Source: Candidatus Cloacimonadales bacterium (GTDB lineage Bacteria > Cloacimonadota > Cloacimonadia > Cloacimonadales > JAFGVF01). From it: a stretch of DNA of 64,000 nt. This document shows, piece by piece, positions 10,450 to 18,913 of this stretch. The translations under genes and the position numbers were made by a program. A model generated the notes under the pieces. The model ran no database searches. It worked only from the letters and a program-made list of their open reading frames with translations, and was not told the DNA's origin. Position 1 is the stretch's first letter; the number at the start of each line of letters is the position of its first letter. The stretch lies in the NCBI GenBank assembly GCA_963677495.2, contig CAXXOU010000001.1, forward strand, positions 160,001 through 224,000, given 5' to 3'.

Positions 10450-11972
10450 TAATAACTTTTTGCAAATAGAACTCTGCGTCTAGATGACTCACCACAGCAA
10501 ATGCATTTGCCTTCTTCCTCTACTGCATCCTCAGGGATACAACGGATAGTAACTTTTAAATGACCTTTCAATGTCTCTTCACATTCAGATGAACCACACC
10601 AATGTGCACTTGCAAATCCACCATGTATCTTTGGGTTATTTGGGTTTCTAAGAGTGAAGAACTTATAAAATGCTTTCTTCTCATCGAACTCAACAGTATG
10701 TTCTGTCCTAAACTCGAGTGCTTTCTTATAGTAGTTATCCTGAATTTCATCAAGAATTCTACCAACAGATGCAACAAACTCAGGTCTCTGCATACTTGTT
10801 TTATCTCGAGGTTCTTTATCTCTTCTACCGAAGTAGATAGAATCATTCTCGATATCTCTTAAACCAATCTCAATTCTAATTGGCATACCATGTTTTATCC
10901 AGTCCCAACTTCTTTCACTGAAAGTCATGTCACGTGTATCTAGTTCAACTTCAACTGATCTTCCATCATACATCTGATCTTTCAACTCATCTCTAAGATT
11001 AGTAACATAATCCATCACTATCTCTTCCTGCTCAGGGTCTTTTATAATAGGTATAATTGCCACATGGGCAGGAGCGACCCTAGGAGGAATAACCATTCCA
11101 TTATCATCACTATGAGCCATGATTAAAGCTCCAATTAAACGGGTTGATACACCCCATGATGTTGTCCAGGCATATTCCATCTCACCCTCTTTGTTCTGGA
11201 ACTTTATACCAGATGCTTTAGCAAAATTCTGACCTAAGAAGTGAGTGGTTCCAGCTTGTAATGCCTTTCTATCCTGCATCATTGCTTCGATACAGAGAGT
11301 AGCAACAGCACCAGGGAATCTTTCACTTTCTGTCTTTTCACCCTTAAACACAGGAATAGCCAGATATTTCTCAGCAAATTCAGCATAAACATCAAGCATC
11401 TTCTTAGTTTCTTCCCAAGCTTCTGCTTCAGTCGCGTGAGCTGTATGACCTTCCTGCCATAAGAACTCAGCAGTACGGAGGAATAATCTTGTACGTAACT
11501 CCCATCGAACCACATTAGCCCATTGATTTATTAGTAGTGGGAGGTCTCTGTAAGAGTTTACCCATCTTGCAAATGAATCACCAATAATGGTTTCACTTGT
11601 AGGTCTAACAATGTATGGTTCTGTCAACTCACCGGCAACTTTAAGTCCACCATTACCGTCATCTTCAAGACGTGAGTGAGTCACTACAGCACACTCCTTA
11701 GCAAATCCTTCAACGTGTTCTGCTTCTTTTTCTAGGAAACTCTTAGGTATAAATATCGGGAAATAAGCATTTTTGTGTCCGGTGTCTTTAAACATCTTAT
11801 CAAGGTGCATCTGAATATTCTCCCATATCGCATAGCCCCAAGGTTTAATAATCATACACCCACGTACTTCACTATTTTCAGCTAAGTCAGCCAGTTTTAT
11901 CACCTGCTGATACCATTCTGCGTAATTCTCTTCTCTAGTTGGTACTATAGCTGTTTTTGCTCTTTTTCCCAT
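10449..11972 (-). CDS. proS: Prolyl-tRNA synthetase, archaeal/eukaryotic type
   Basis: RPTSETII, NQWANVVRWE.R..FLRTAEFLWQEGHTAH, QAGTTHFLGQNFAK, C-terminal Cys Zn site, ends FAKSY. Confidence 0.97.
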   Translation of the reverse strand: MGKRAKTAIVPTREENYAEWYQQVIKLADLAENSEVRGCMIIKPWGYAIWENIQMHLDKMFKDTGHKNAYFPIFIPKSFLEKEAEHVEGFAKECAVVTHSRLEDDGNGGLKVAGELTEPYIVRPTSETIIGDSFARWVNSYRDLPLLINQWANVVRWELRTRLFLRTAEFLWQEGHTAHATEAEAWEETKKMLDVYAEFAEKYLAIPVFKGEKTESERFPGAVATLCIEAMMQDRKALQAGTTHFLGQNFAKASGIKFQNKEGEMEYAWTTSWGVSTRLIGALIMAHSDDNGMVIPPRVAPAHVAIIPIIKDPEQEEIVMDYVTNLRDELKDQMYDGRSVEVELDTRDMTFSERSWDWIKHGMPIRIEIGLRDIENDSIYFGRRDKEPRDKTSMQRPEFVASVGRILDEIQDNYYKKALEFRTEHTVEFDEKKAFYKFFTLRNPNNPKIHGGFASAHWCGSSECEETLKGHLKVTIRCIPEDAVEEEGKCICCGESSRRRVLFAKSY

Positions 11973-12299
11973 GCTATTTTTCTCCTGATTTTATATAAAA
12001 TTTATAGACATATCCTTTTATAGGGTCTCTTAACCTCTGTCAACCTAAATTTATGTTAACAATATCAGCATTTATTTAAATATTAACAATCCGCTTTCGC
12101 AACTAGTTAATATATGAATATAAAGTTTCAGTTAACTTAGAATAAAGCCCAAACTCTCACCTTAAAGAAAACTACAATAATAATACTAATATGGTGAACT
12201 TTTCTAGGTAAAAGATTTCAGCAAGCAATAAGAGATAACTGTAATTATTAATCAAATCAGCCTTATCAACTTCTTCCTACATCGTCATCAAAATCACCA

Positions 12300-12605
12300 T
12301 AATCTTCCAATCTCTAACAAACATTCTATCTCAAATTTACTCTCTAAATTTCATATACTTACATCCCTATTTCTTAATACTTGCTCAAAATTAATATTGC
12401 ACTATTGTGGTAATTGAATTGCCCTTCCTAGCTCCCCTCTACTCTTCCTCAATCTATAGGTTTCTCTCGGGTTAGTCTCCCGTTGCTGGCAACGAGTGGG
12501 AAACGGGAGAGAAATGAGAGAGAAACACTCGAAAAATGAGTGGTTGAAAGGAGCGTAGAAGGGAAGTAAAAAGGAAGCAGATTGGGAAAGATTAATGGGA
12601 GGTTA
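12300..12605. repeat. Intergenic foldback tract with 11-bp periodicity (element A)
   Basis: Pyrimidine-rich left arm, purine-rich right arm, centre CGTTGC-TG-GCAACG (12481-12494); GAAA at 12500/12511/12522. Confidence 0.55.
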
Positions 12606-12738
12606 AAGTAAATGGATTTCGTTGCTAATGTAATTTAAGTCTGCACATGAACGGAAGATTAATATCTATTGCAACTATCCATATTAGCTAGCATCAATTG
12701 AAAGTATCGAATAGAGTTAAAAAAGGAACAATAATTGC

Positions 12739-12797
12739 AGTACGACAGTATCGTACTTAAAATTAATTTGACATGATAAGATTGATTTGTCTAACTT
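12739..12797 (+). promoter_or_regulatory. Putative sigma70 promoter with upstream palindrome
   Basis: TTGACA at 12768, TAACTT after an 18-bp spacer; IR AGTACGA-N5-TCGTACT at 12739-12757; GGAGG RBS before ATG 12824. Confidence 0.4.
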
Positions 12798-12823
12798 GTC
12801 TGTTCTAAACATGGAGGTAATCA

Positions 12824-15319
12824 ATGAACCGCTTAGCTATTATACTTTTACTTATTATTACAACATTGCCAATATTTGGTGCTAATCGTGACAGACCTGA
12901 GATTTACATACAGATTCAATATGATAACCGCACCCAAGTAGATGAGATTTCCGGGCTCTGTTCGATAGATAAGGTGGATGGTGAATTTATATACGCATTT
13001 GCGTTACCACATGAAGTAAATGAGCTAAATAGCAATAATATCCGGTTTCAAGAGATACCCCTCCCCTATGCCAACATTCGCGTATCAATGGCCACTACTG
13101 TAGCAGCTATGAGTAATTGGGATTTATACCCAACATTCTCAGTATATCAACAAATGTTATCGGATTTAGCTACAAATTATCCTAACATATGCCAGTTAAT
13201 AAATATTGGTTCTTCAGAACAAGGGCGTGCAATTGAAGTGCTTAAAATATCTGATAATGTTACAATAGAAGAAGCTGAGCCTGAAGTATATTATACATCG
13301 ACTATGCATGGTGATGAGACTATTGGTTGGATAGCACTGCTTAGAGTAGCTTACGAACTTTGTGAAGGTTATGGTTCAGATGCTGAACTTACTGCAATGG
13401 TTGACAATATGGAAATATACCTTAACCCATTAGCCAACCCTGATGGAACTTATTATGGTGGTAACGACAGTGTTAACAGTGCCAGAAGATATAATAGCAA
13501 TAATATAGATTTGAATAGAAACTTTATCGATGCAGAGAGTAATACAAATGGTGATGGTAATCTTACAGCTATCGAGAATACGCATCAAATGAACTTTGCT
13601 GTTGCTCATAACTTTACTATGTCAGCTAACATTCATAGTGGAGCAGAAGTTGTTAATTACCCATGGGATACTTGGTCAACCAGGCATGTAGACGACACAT
13701 GGTACCAGTATGTCAGCAGAAATTATGCTACATCTCTTCAGAATTTGGGACCTACAGGTTACATGGATGACCTGAATAATGGAATTACGAACGGATATGA
13801 CTGGTACACAACTGATGGATGCCGTCAGGACTGGATGAACTACTTCCAACAATGCCGAGAAGTAACTTTAGAACTATCCAATACTAAGCTTTTAAACAAT
13901 ACAGATTTACCTGCATATTACAATTACAACAGACAAGCACTTCTAGATTATCTGAAAGAGGTACAACATGGTATTAGAGGTATAATTACAGATGCTAATG
14001 GAAACCCATTAGAAGCTGAAGTTATTGTTAGTAATCATGATGATGCACAGTCAACAGTTTGGTCACAACCTGACCATGGAGATTATTACAGACCTATTGC
14101 AGCAGGTTCATATACTGTAACTTATAGTTGTACCGGATATCCGGATCAAGTGTTCAACAATGTTACAGTCATTAATGGGCAAGCAACTTATATGGATATA
14201 GTGTTTGGTTCTACCGTCATTACACAAGAGATCGATTTAAATGCTGGCTGGAACCTTATCTCATTGAATACTGAAGGTAGTGATATGAGTCCTGTAAACA
14301 TCTTTAGTACTATAGCATCTGATATTATTCAAGTAAAAGACCTAACTCGCACTTATGATCCTGTAATGCCTGCTCATTTTAATACTCTAAATCTATTGAA
14401 CACTGATACATCTTATTGGGTTAATATGAGAGCAGGAAGAACTTTATCTGTTATCGGAACAGCTACAGAAGAAATATCACCAATCCAATTAACATCCGGT
14501 TGGAACATGCTTGGATATAAACCGCAAGATGTAATTTCACCTGATATCGCTTTGCAAGGGATTGTTGGTGACTTAGTGCAAGTTAAAAATCTAACAGAGA
14601 CTTATGATCCAACCATGCCTTCTCACTTCAATACACTGAACGAGATGACGCCTGGTGAAGGCTATTGGATAAATGTTGGGGCAAGCACTAACCTTGTATT
14701 CAGCTCCCCTACAAGAGATGATTATTTTATTAGAGATGAGCCGGTATGGGACTTGTCAGTATATCCAAACAATACTGCAACCCTCTATATAGAGATTAAT
14801 GCATTTGATGCTGAAGTAGATGATATGATTGGTGCATTTGACGGAGATGAATGTCTAGGTTTTACTTCACCTATTCTGGTTGAACAACAAATCTATTGTA
14901 CAATGCTTGTTCAGATTCCTGAAGATAATACTGACATAGAGTTCAGGTATTATGACCAATCAACTGATACTATCTCAAGTTTTGATTCCATAGTATCAGT
15001 GGCATCAGGAGAGATATATAATGTTCAGCTAAACGCTCCAATGGCATTTGATGGTGATACTTATCCTGCTCAAACTAATGTTAGTGTCTACCCTAACCCA
15101 TTCAATCCGGAAAATGGTACTTGTGTAATTGAGTCTAAGGATGGATTAGGTAGCTGGGAGATATTTAACATGAGAGGACAGTTAATCACAGTGCTTGAAG
15201 GGACAAACCATTGGGATGGGCATGACCAGTATGGTAAAGTAAGCCCAAGTGGTCTTTACCTTATTCGTCCTGTTGAAATTCGAAATAGGAAGACAACTAA
15301 GCTGATAATCATGAAATAG
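12824..15319 (+). CDS. M14 zinc carboxypeptidase with carboxypeptidase-regulatory domain, two GWN repeats and FlgD-like CTD
   Basis: HGDE, NPDG, DLNRNF, HSG, NYPWD, TLELS motifs; signal peptide; VYPNPFNP...SGLYLI tail. Confidence 0.9.
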   Translation: MNRLAIILLLIITTLPIFGANRDRPEIYIQIQYDNRTQVDEISGLCSIDKVDGEFIYAFALPHEVNELNSNNIRFQEIPLPYANIRVSMATTVAAMSNWDLYPTFSVYQQMLSDLATNYPNICQLINIGSSEQGRAIEVLKISDNVTIEEAEPEVYYTSTMHGDETIGWIALLRVAYELCEGYGSDAELTAMVDNMEIYLNPLANPDGTYYGGNDSVNSARRYNSNNIDLNRNFIDAESNTNGDGNLTAIENTHQMNFAVAHNFTMSANIHSGAEVVNYPWDTWSTRHVDDTWYQYVSRNYATSLQNLGPTGYMDDLNNGITNGYDWYTTDGCRQDWMNYFQQCREVTLELSNTKLLNNTDLPAYYNYNRQALLDYLKEVQHGIRGIITDANGNPLEAEVIVSNHDDAQSTVWSQPDHGDYYRPIAAGSYTVTYSCTGYPDQVFNNVTVINGQATYMDIVFGSTVITQEIDLNAGWNLISLNTEGSDMSPVNIFSTIASDIIQVKDLTRTYDPVMPAHFNTLNLLNTDTSYWVNMRAGRTLSVIGTATEEISPIQLTSGWNMLGYKPQDVISPDIALQGIVGDLVQVKNLTETYDPTMPSHFNTLNEMTPGEGYWINVGASTNLVFSSPTRDDYFIRDEPVWDLSVYPNNTATLYIEINAFDAEVDDMIGAFDGDECLGFTSPILVEQQIYCTMLVQIPEDNTDIEFRYYDQSTDTISSFDSIVSVASGEIYNVQLNAPMAFDGDTYPAQTNVSVYPNPFNPENGTCVIESKDGLGSWEIFNMRGQLITVLEGTNHWDGHDQYGKVSPSGLYLIRPVEIRNRKTTKLIIMK

Positions 15320-15324
15320 CTGAT

Positions 15325-16209
15325 ATGCTCAGACGAATACTGATTCTTCTCATAGTTATTATAGCTGTGGGATTATTATACAAACTCTATGTTATCGGAA
15401 GTAAAAACGAAAGCATTATTATCGAAGATTATTCTTTTCAAGGGCAGTACGGAACAGAGTTGGAAGGGGAAAAACTAAGAAGTGTTGCCCTAAGATTTGC
15501 AATCGCTGACTACTTTGACGAAGAAGGTATTGATTTACTCAGTTCCTTAACAACAGATACTCCAGTTGATTCAGCCGAGTTAAGCTTAATGAAGTCATTC
15601 CCAGATTTGTTTAGTGGGTTGTATATTAGAAGTGTCGAAGTAAATAGTTTAACCTCGCAAATTGAGCAAGATATGATTAATCCAAGCTACATTATGAATA
15701 AGCTTCATTGGAAAGAACAAAATACAGCTGATTACAACGATTATAGAGGAGACAAATACACTAACTATCAGATAGATTTCTCAGCAGAATTGATAGACAT
15801 TGAAGCAAATCCGTTTGGTTTACATGTTTCAATTGATTCATCTAACTATTCAAGTGGTGAGTCTTTGAGTTTTAGATACAGTCTAGACAAAAGTGGATAT
15901 GTAAACGTAATACTGGGTAGAGATGTTCCAAGATATGATATCCTTCATCAAAGTGAGAGCAAATCAAAGCCAGGTAATTATAAGTATCCGGATAATCAAA
16001 AAGAGATTGTTATCCTTCAGAATAGTAAGAAAGATTACACACTAAACTATATAATGGTAATCGTAACTCCCAGCAGAATGTTCATTCCTAAAACAGCTTC
16101 AAACAAGATTATGTATGGTGGTCTAGGCAACCATGACTTGGAAACATTAGAGGTTTCATTACAAGCACAAAAATACTTTAGTATAAAAGTGATACCCGTA
16201 ATAGGCTAG
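15325..16209 (+). CDS. Membrane-anchored hypothetical protein (C-terminal DUF4384-like domain)
   Basis: N-terminal TM helix; YSSGESLSFRY..DKSGYVNVI resembles DUF4384. Confidence 0.45.
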   Translation: MLRRILILLIVIIAVGLLYKLYVIGSKNESIIIEDYSFQGQYGTELEGEKLRSVALRFAIADYFDEEGIDLLSSLTTDTPVDSAELSLMKSFPDLFSGLYIRSVEVNSLTSQIEQDMINPSYIMNKLHWKEQNTADYNDYRGDKYTNYQIDFSAELIDIEANPFGLHVSIDSSNYSSGESLSFRYSLDKSGYVNVILGRDVPRYDILHQSESKSKPGNYKYPDNQKEIVILQNSKKDYTLNYIMVIVTPSRMFIPKTASNKIMYGGLGNHDLETLEVSLQAQKYFSIKVIPVIG

Positions 16210-16337
16210 CTGATTAGTTTTGAGTACTAAATTTTTTACATTTATCATTGACAGTCAACTTCGAGAAAAGTAATTGAATAGAGATGAGAAAATAGTAACT
16301 CATCATGAGGTAACGAAAATATTGTTTAGGTGTATAT

Positions 16338-17738
16338 ATGTTATTTAATTCATTTGAATTTGGAGTTTTCTTAGTAGTTGTATTCTTCCTTTACTGGTTT
16401 GTCACAAATCGCAACCTGAAGATGCAAAATTTACTAATATTTGTATCTAGTTATGTCTTCTATGGTTGGTGGGACTGGAGATTCCTTTCTCTAATAGCTT
16501 TTAGTACAATTATTGATTACTCGGTAGGACTGGGATTAGCCAAGAATGAGGGTAAGAAACAAAGAGCTCTTTTGTTATGGACGAGTATAATTGTTAATCT
16601 TGGTTTTTTAATGTTCTTTAAGTACTACAATTTCTTTGTTGATAGTTTTGTAGGGGCATTTACATTCTTTGGATTCAGCTTCAATGCGAGATCTTTGAGC
16701 ATTATTCTCCCCGTCGGCATTAGTTTCTATACTTTCCAAACATTGAGTTATACAATAGATGTATATAATCGCAAACTCAAACCAACAAAAGATTTCATAG
16801 CCTTTGGTGCATTTGTCAGCTTTTTCCCTCAGCTTGTTGCTGGTCCTATTGAAAGGGCTACGCACTTACTCCCTCAATTCTATACACCCAGGAAGTTTGA
16901 TTATGATAATGCATCCGCTGGTTTAAAGATGATGCTTTGGGGTATGTTTATGAAAGTCGGTGTAGCTGACAGAGTTTCATTGTATGTTGATAATGTTTAT
17001 GGAAATGTTTCAATGCATTCTAGTGTGTCTCTAATTGTTGCAACTATCTTCTTTGCTGTGCAAATCTATTGTGATTTCGGTGGATACTCATTAATCGCTA
17101 TTGGTTGTGCAAAACTATTCGGCTTCTCTTTGATGAAGAACTTTAATAGACCATACCTTGCCGGTTCTTTCAAAGAGTTCTGGCAAAGGTGGCATATATC
17201 GTTATCATCATGGTTCCGAGATTATCTTTATATTCCACTCGGAGGTAGTAGAAACGGAAGTTTTAAGACTCAAAGAAACCTTTTCGTAACATTTGTTGTG
17301 AGTGGTTTCTGGCACGGAGCTAACTGGACATTCATTGTATGGGGAGCTCTACATGGTGCATATTTGGTTATCGAGAAGTCATTATCAATGATAAAACTTC
17401 CCAAACCCTTGCGCATTGTAATAGTCTTCATCCTGGCTTGCTTCTCATGGATATTCTTTAGAGCTGCTTCAGTTGGTGCAGCTTTTGACATAATCACAAA
17501 AATAGTACGATTTGAGAGTACTAAGCTTTATACCGGAGATATTGGTATCTTCTCCTTTTCAATAGTAGCTATTTTGGTTCTTTTCCTAAATGATTTCCTC
17601 TCTGAGTTTAAACCGAGTTTGAAGCTATTCCATAATGACAATCTTGCTATAAGATATGTATCAATAGTATTCATCTTACTTTACATAGTATCACTGGGTG
17701 TCTTTGACCAAAGTCAATTTATCTACTTTCAGTTCTAG
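16338..17738 (+). CDS. MBOAT family O-acyltransferase (AlgI/DltB-like)
   Basis: MLFNS, LPVGISFYTFQ, FFPQLVAGPIER, FWQRWHISLSSWFRDYLYIPLGG, WHGA. Confidence 0.95.
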   Translation: MLFNSFEFGVFLVVVFFLYWFVTNRNLKMQNLLIFVSSYVFYGWWDWRFLSLIAFSTIIDYSVGLGLAKNEGKKQRALLLWTSIIVNLGFLMFFKYYNFFVDSFVGAFTFFGFSFNARSLSIILPVGISFYTFQTLSYTIDVYNRKLKPTKDFIAFGAFVSFFPQLVAGPIERATHLLPQFYTPRKFDYDNASAGLKMMLWGMFMKVGVADRVSLYVDNVYGNVSMHSSVSLIVATIFFAVQIYCDFGGYSLIAIGCAKLFGFSLMKNFNRPYLAGSFKEFWQRWHISLSSWFRDYLYIPLGGSRNGSFKTQRNLFVTFVVSGFWHGANWTFIVWGALHGAYLVIEKSLSMIKLPKPLRIVIVFILACFSWIFFRAASVGAAFDIITKIVRFESTKLYTGDIGIFSFSIVAILVLFLNDFLSEFKPSLKLFHNDNLAIRYVSIVFILLYIVSLGVFDQSQFIYFQF

Positions 17739-17747
17739 GGGTGAATA

Positions 17748-18641
17748 ATGAAAAAACTATTTACTAAAATTCTTATAATACTCGCTATTTTTTTTGTCAT
17801 TGATCTTGCTCTAGGATTTGTACTCGATATTGCAATCAAGAAGTCAGATAATGGTAGATACTATAAAGCAAGATATAGTCTTGAAGAATCTAATGAAGAA
17901 GTTATCATTCTTGGCAGTTCAAGAGCTGAGACAAATTATGCTCCTTTTGTTGTTGAAGAGGAGTTAGGTAAAAGCTGTTGGACTACCGGCAGAGGTGGTC
18001 AGATTCTTCCATTCTGGCATGCGATGAGCAAAGGTATAATTAACAGATATACTCCAGAGATAATCATAGTAAATGTAGAACCCTACTTCCTTGAGAAGAA
18101 GCTAAGTTTCGTGAAAGCTGGCTTTCTACGCCCATTCTATAGATCACATAAAGAGATTAGAGATATTTTAGATAGAATATCTCCATTCGAGAAGCTATTG
18201 CTTCAGTCTCGCACATATGCCTACAACTCTAGTTTCTATTATTTATTTAGATCATTTGTTTTAAAAGATCTAGATGGTAGACGAGTAGATAACGGCTGGA
18301 AACCAAGGATTGGTAATTACCCATTAGAGTTTAAAGAAACTCGAGTTATGGATTATACGAGAGATCTTAATGAAGAGACAGTTGCATATTTCGAAAGGTT
18401 TATTGAAGAGATGTCCGGTAGCCAAGTCTTTGTTGTTATATCACCTGACTTTGAGTTTAACATTGTATCAACTCCGACGATTGAGTATCTTAAGAAACAG
18501 GATAGTTTTACTTTTATTAATCTTGGAGAAAACAATGAACTCTCAAAAATGAATAACAGATATAAAGATCCGGCTCATTTAAACAAAGAGGGTGCAATAG
18601 TATTCACAAAACAACTTTGTGATGAGATTAGGAATAGGTAA
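17748..18641 (+). CDS. SGNH-like partner of the MBOAT (polysaccharide O-acylation)
   Basis: N-terminal TM, ILGSSR block I, C-terminal DPAHLN (DxxH). Confidence 0.7.
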   Translation: MKKLFTKILIILAIFFVIDLALGFVLDIAIKKSDNGRYYKARYSLEESNEEVIILGSSRAETNYAPFVVEEELGKSCWTTGRGGQILPFWHAMSKGIINRYTPEIIIVNVEPYFLEKKLSFVKAGFLRPFYRSHKEIRDILDRISPFEKLLLQSRTYAYNSSFYYLFRSFVLKDLDGRRVDNGWKPRIGNYPLEFKETRVMDYTRDLNEETVAYFERFIEEMSGSQVFVVISPDFEFNIVSTPTIEYLKKQDSFTFINLGENNELSKMNNRYKDPAHLNKEGAIVFTKQLCDEIRNR

Positions 18642-18720
18642 ACGGCTTAAGTAGATAGTATATTTATTTCAGTCTAATTTACTCCATTCCCATTATGGTC
18701 TCAACTTACTCTCTTTCAAT

Positions 18721-18831
18721 ACTCGGGAATGATCCGCGAATCAATGGGGATTATCTCGCGAATTTCTCGGGCAAAGTCCCGAGTGATTCCCGAGAGAGTC
18801 CCGGGAGATTCCCGAGTGTGTCCCGTGGATT
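18721..18831. repeat. Foldback of 11-bp repeats (element B)
   Basis: Five degenerate CTCGGGAAT-type units (18721-18775) facing five TCCCGAG-type units at 18777/18788/18799/18810/18821. Confidence 0.75.
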
Positions 18832-18867
18832 GAAAGAGGGCAATAAGACGGACATGTTTGATTGCAT

Positions 18868-18900
18868 AAAAAATGGGACACCTATGTAGATGTCCCTTTT
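18868..18900. terminator. Bidirectional intrinsic terminator between convergent genes
   Basis: A-run GGGACA..CTA-TG-TAG.TGTCCC TTTT. Confidence 0.65.
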
Positions 18901-18913
18901 ATACTTTTGAAAA

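Noticed and set aside
18695..18889. 64-aa ORF downstream of SGNH gene
   Set aside because: Reads through element B and the terminator
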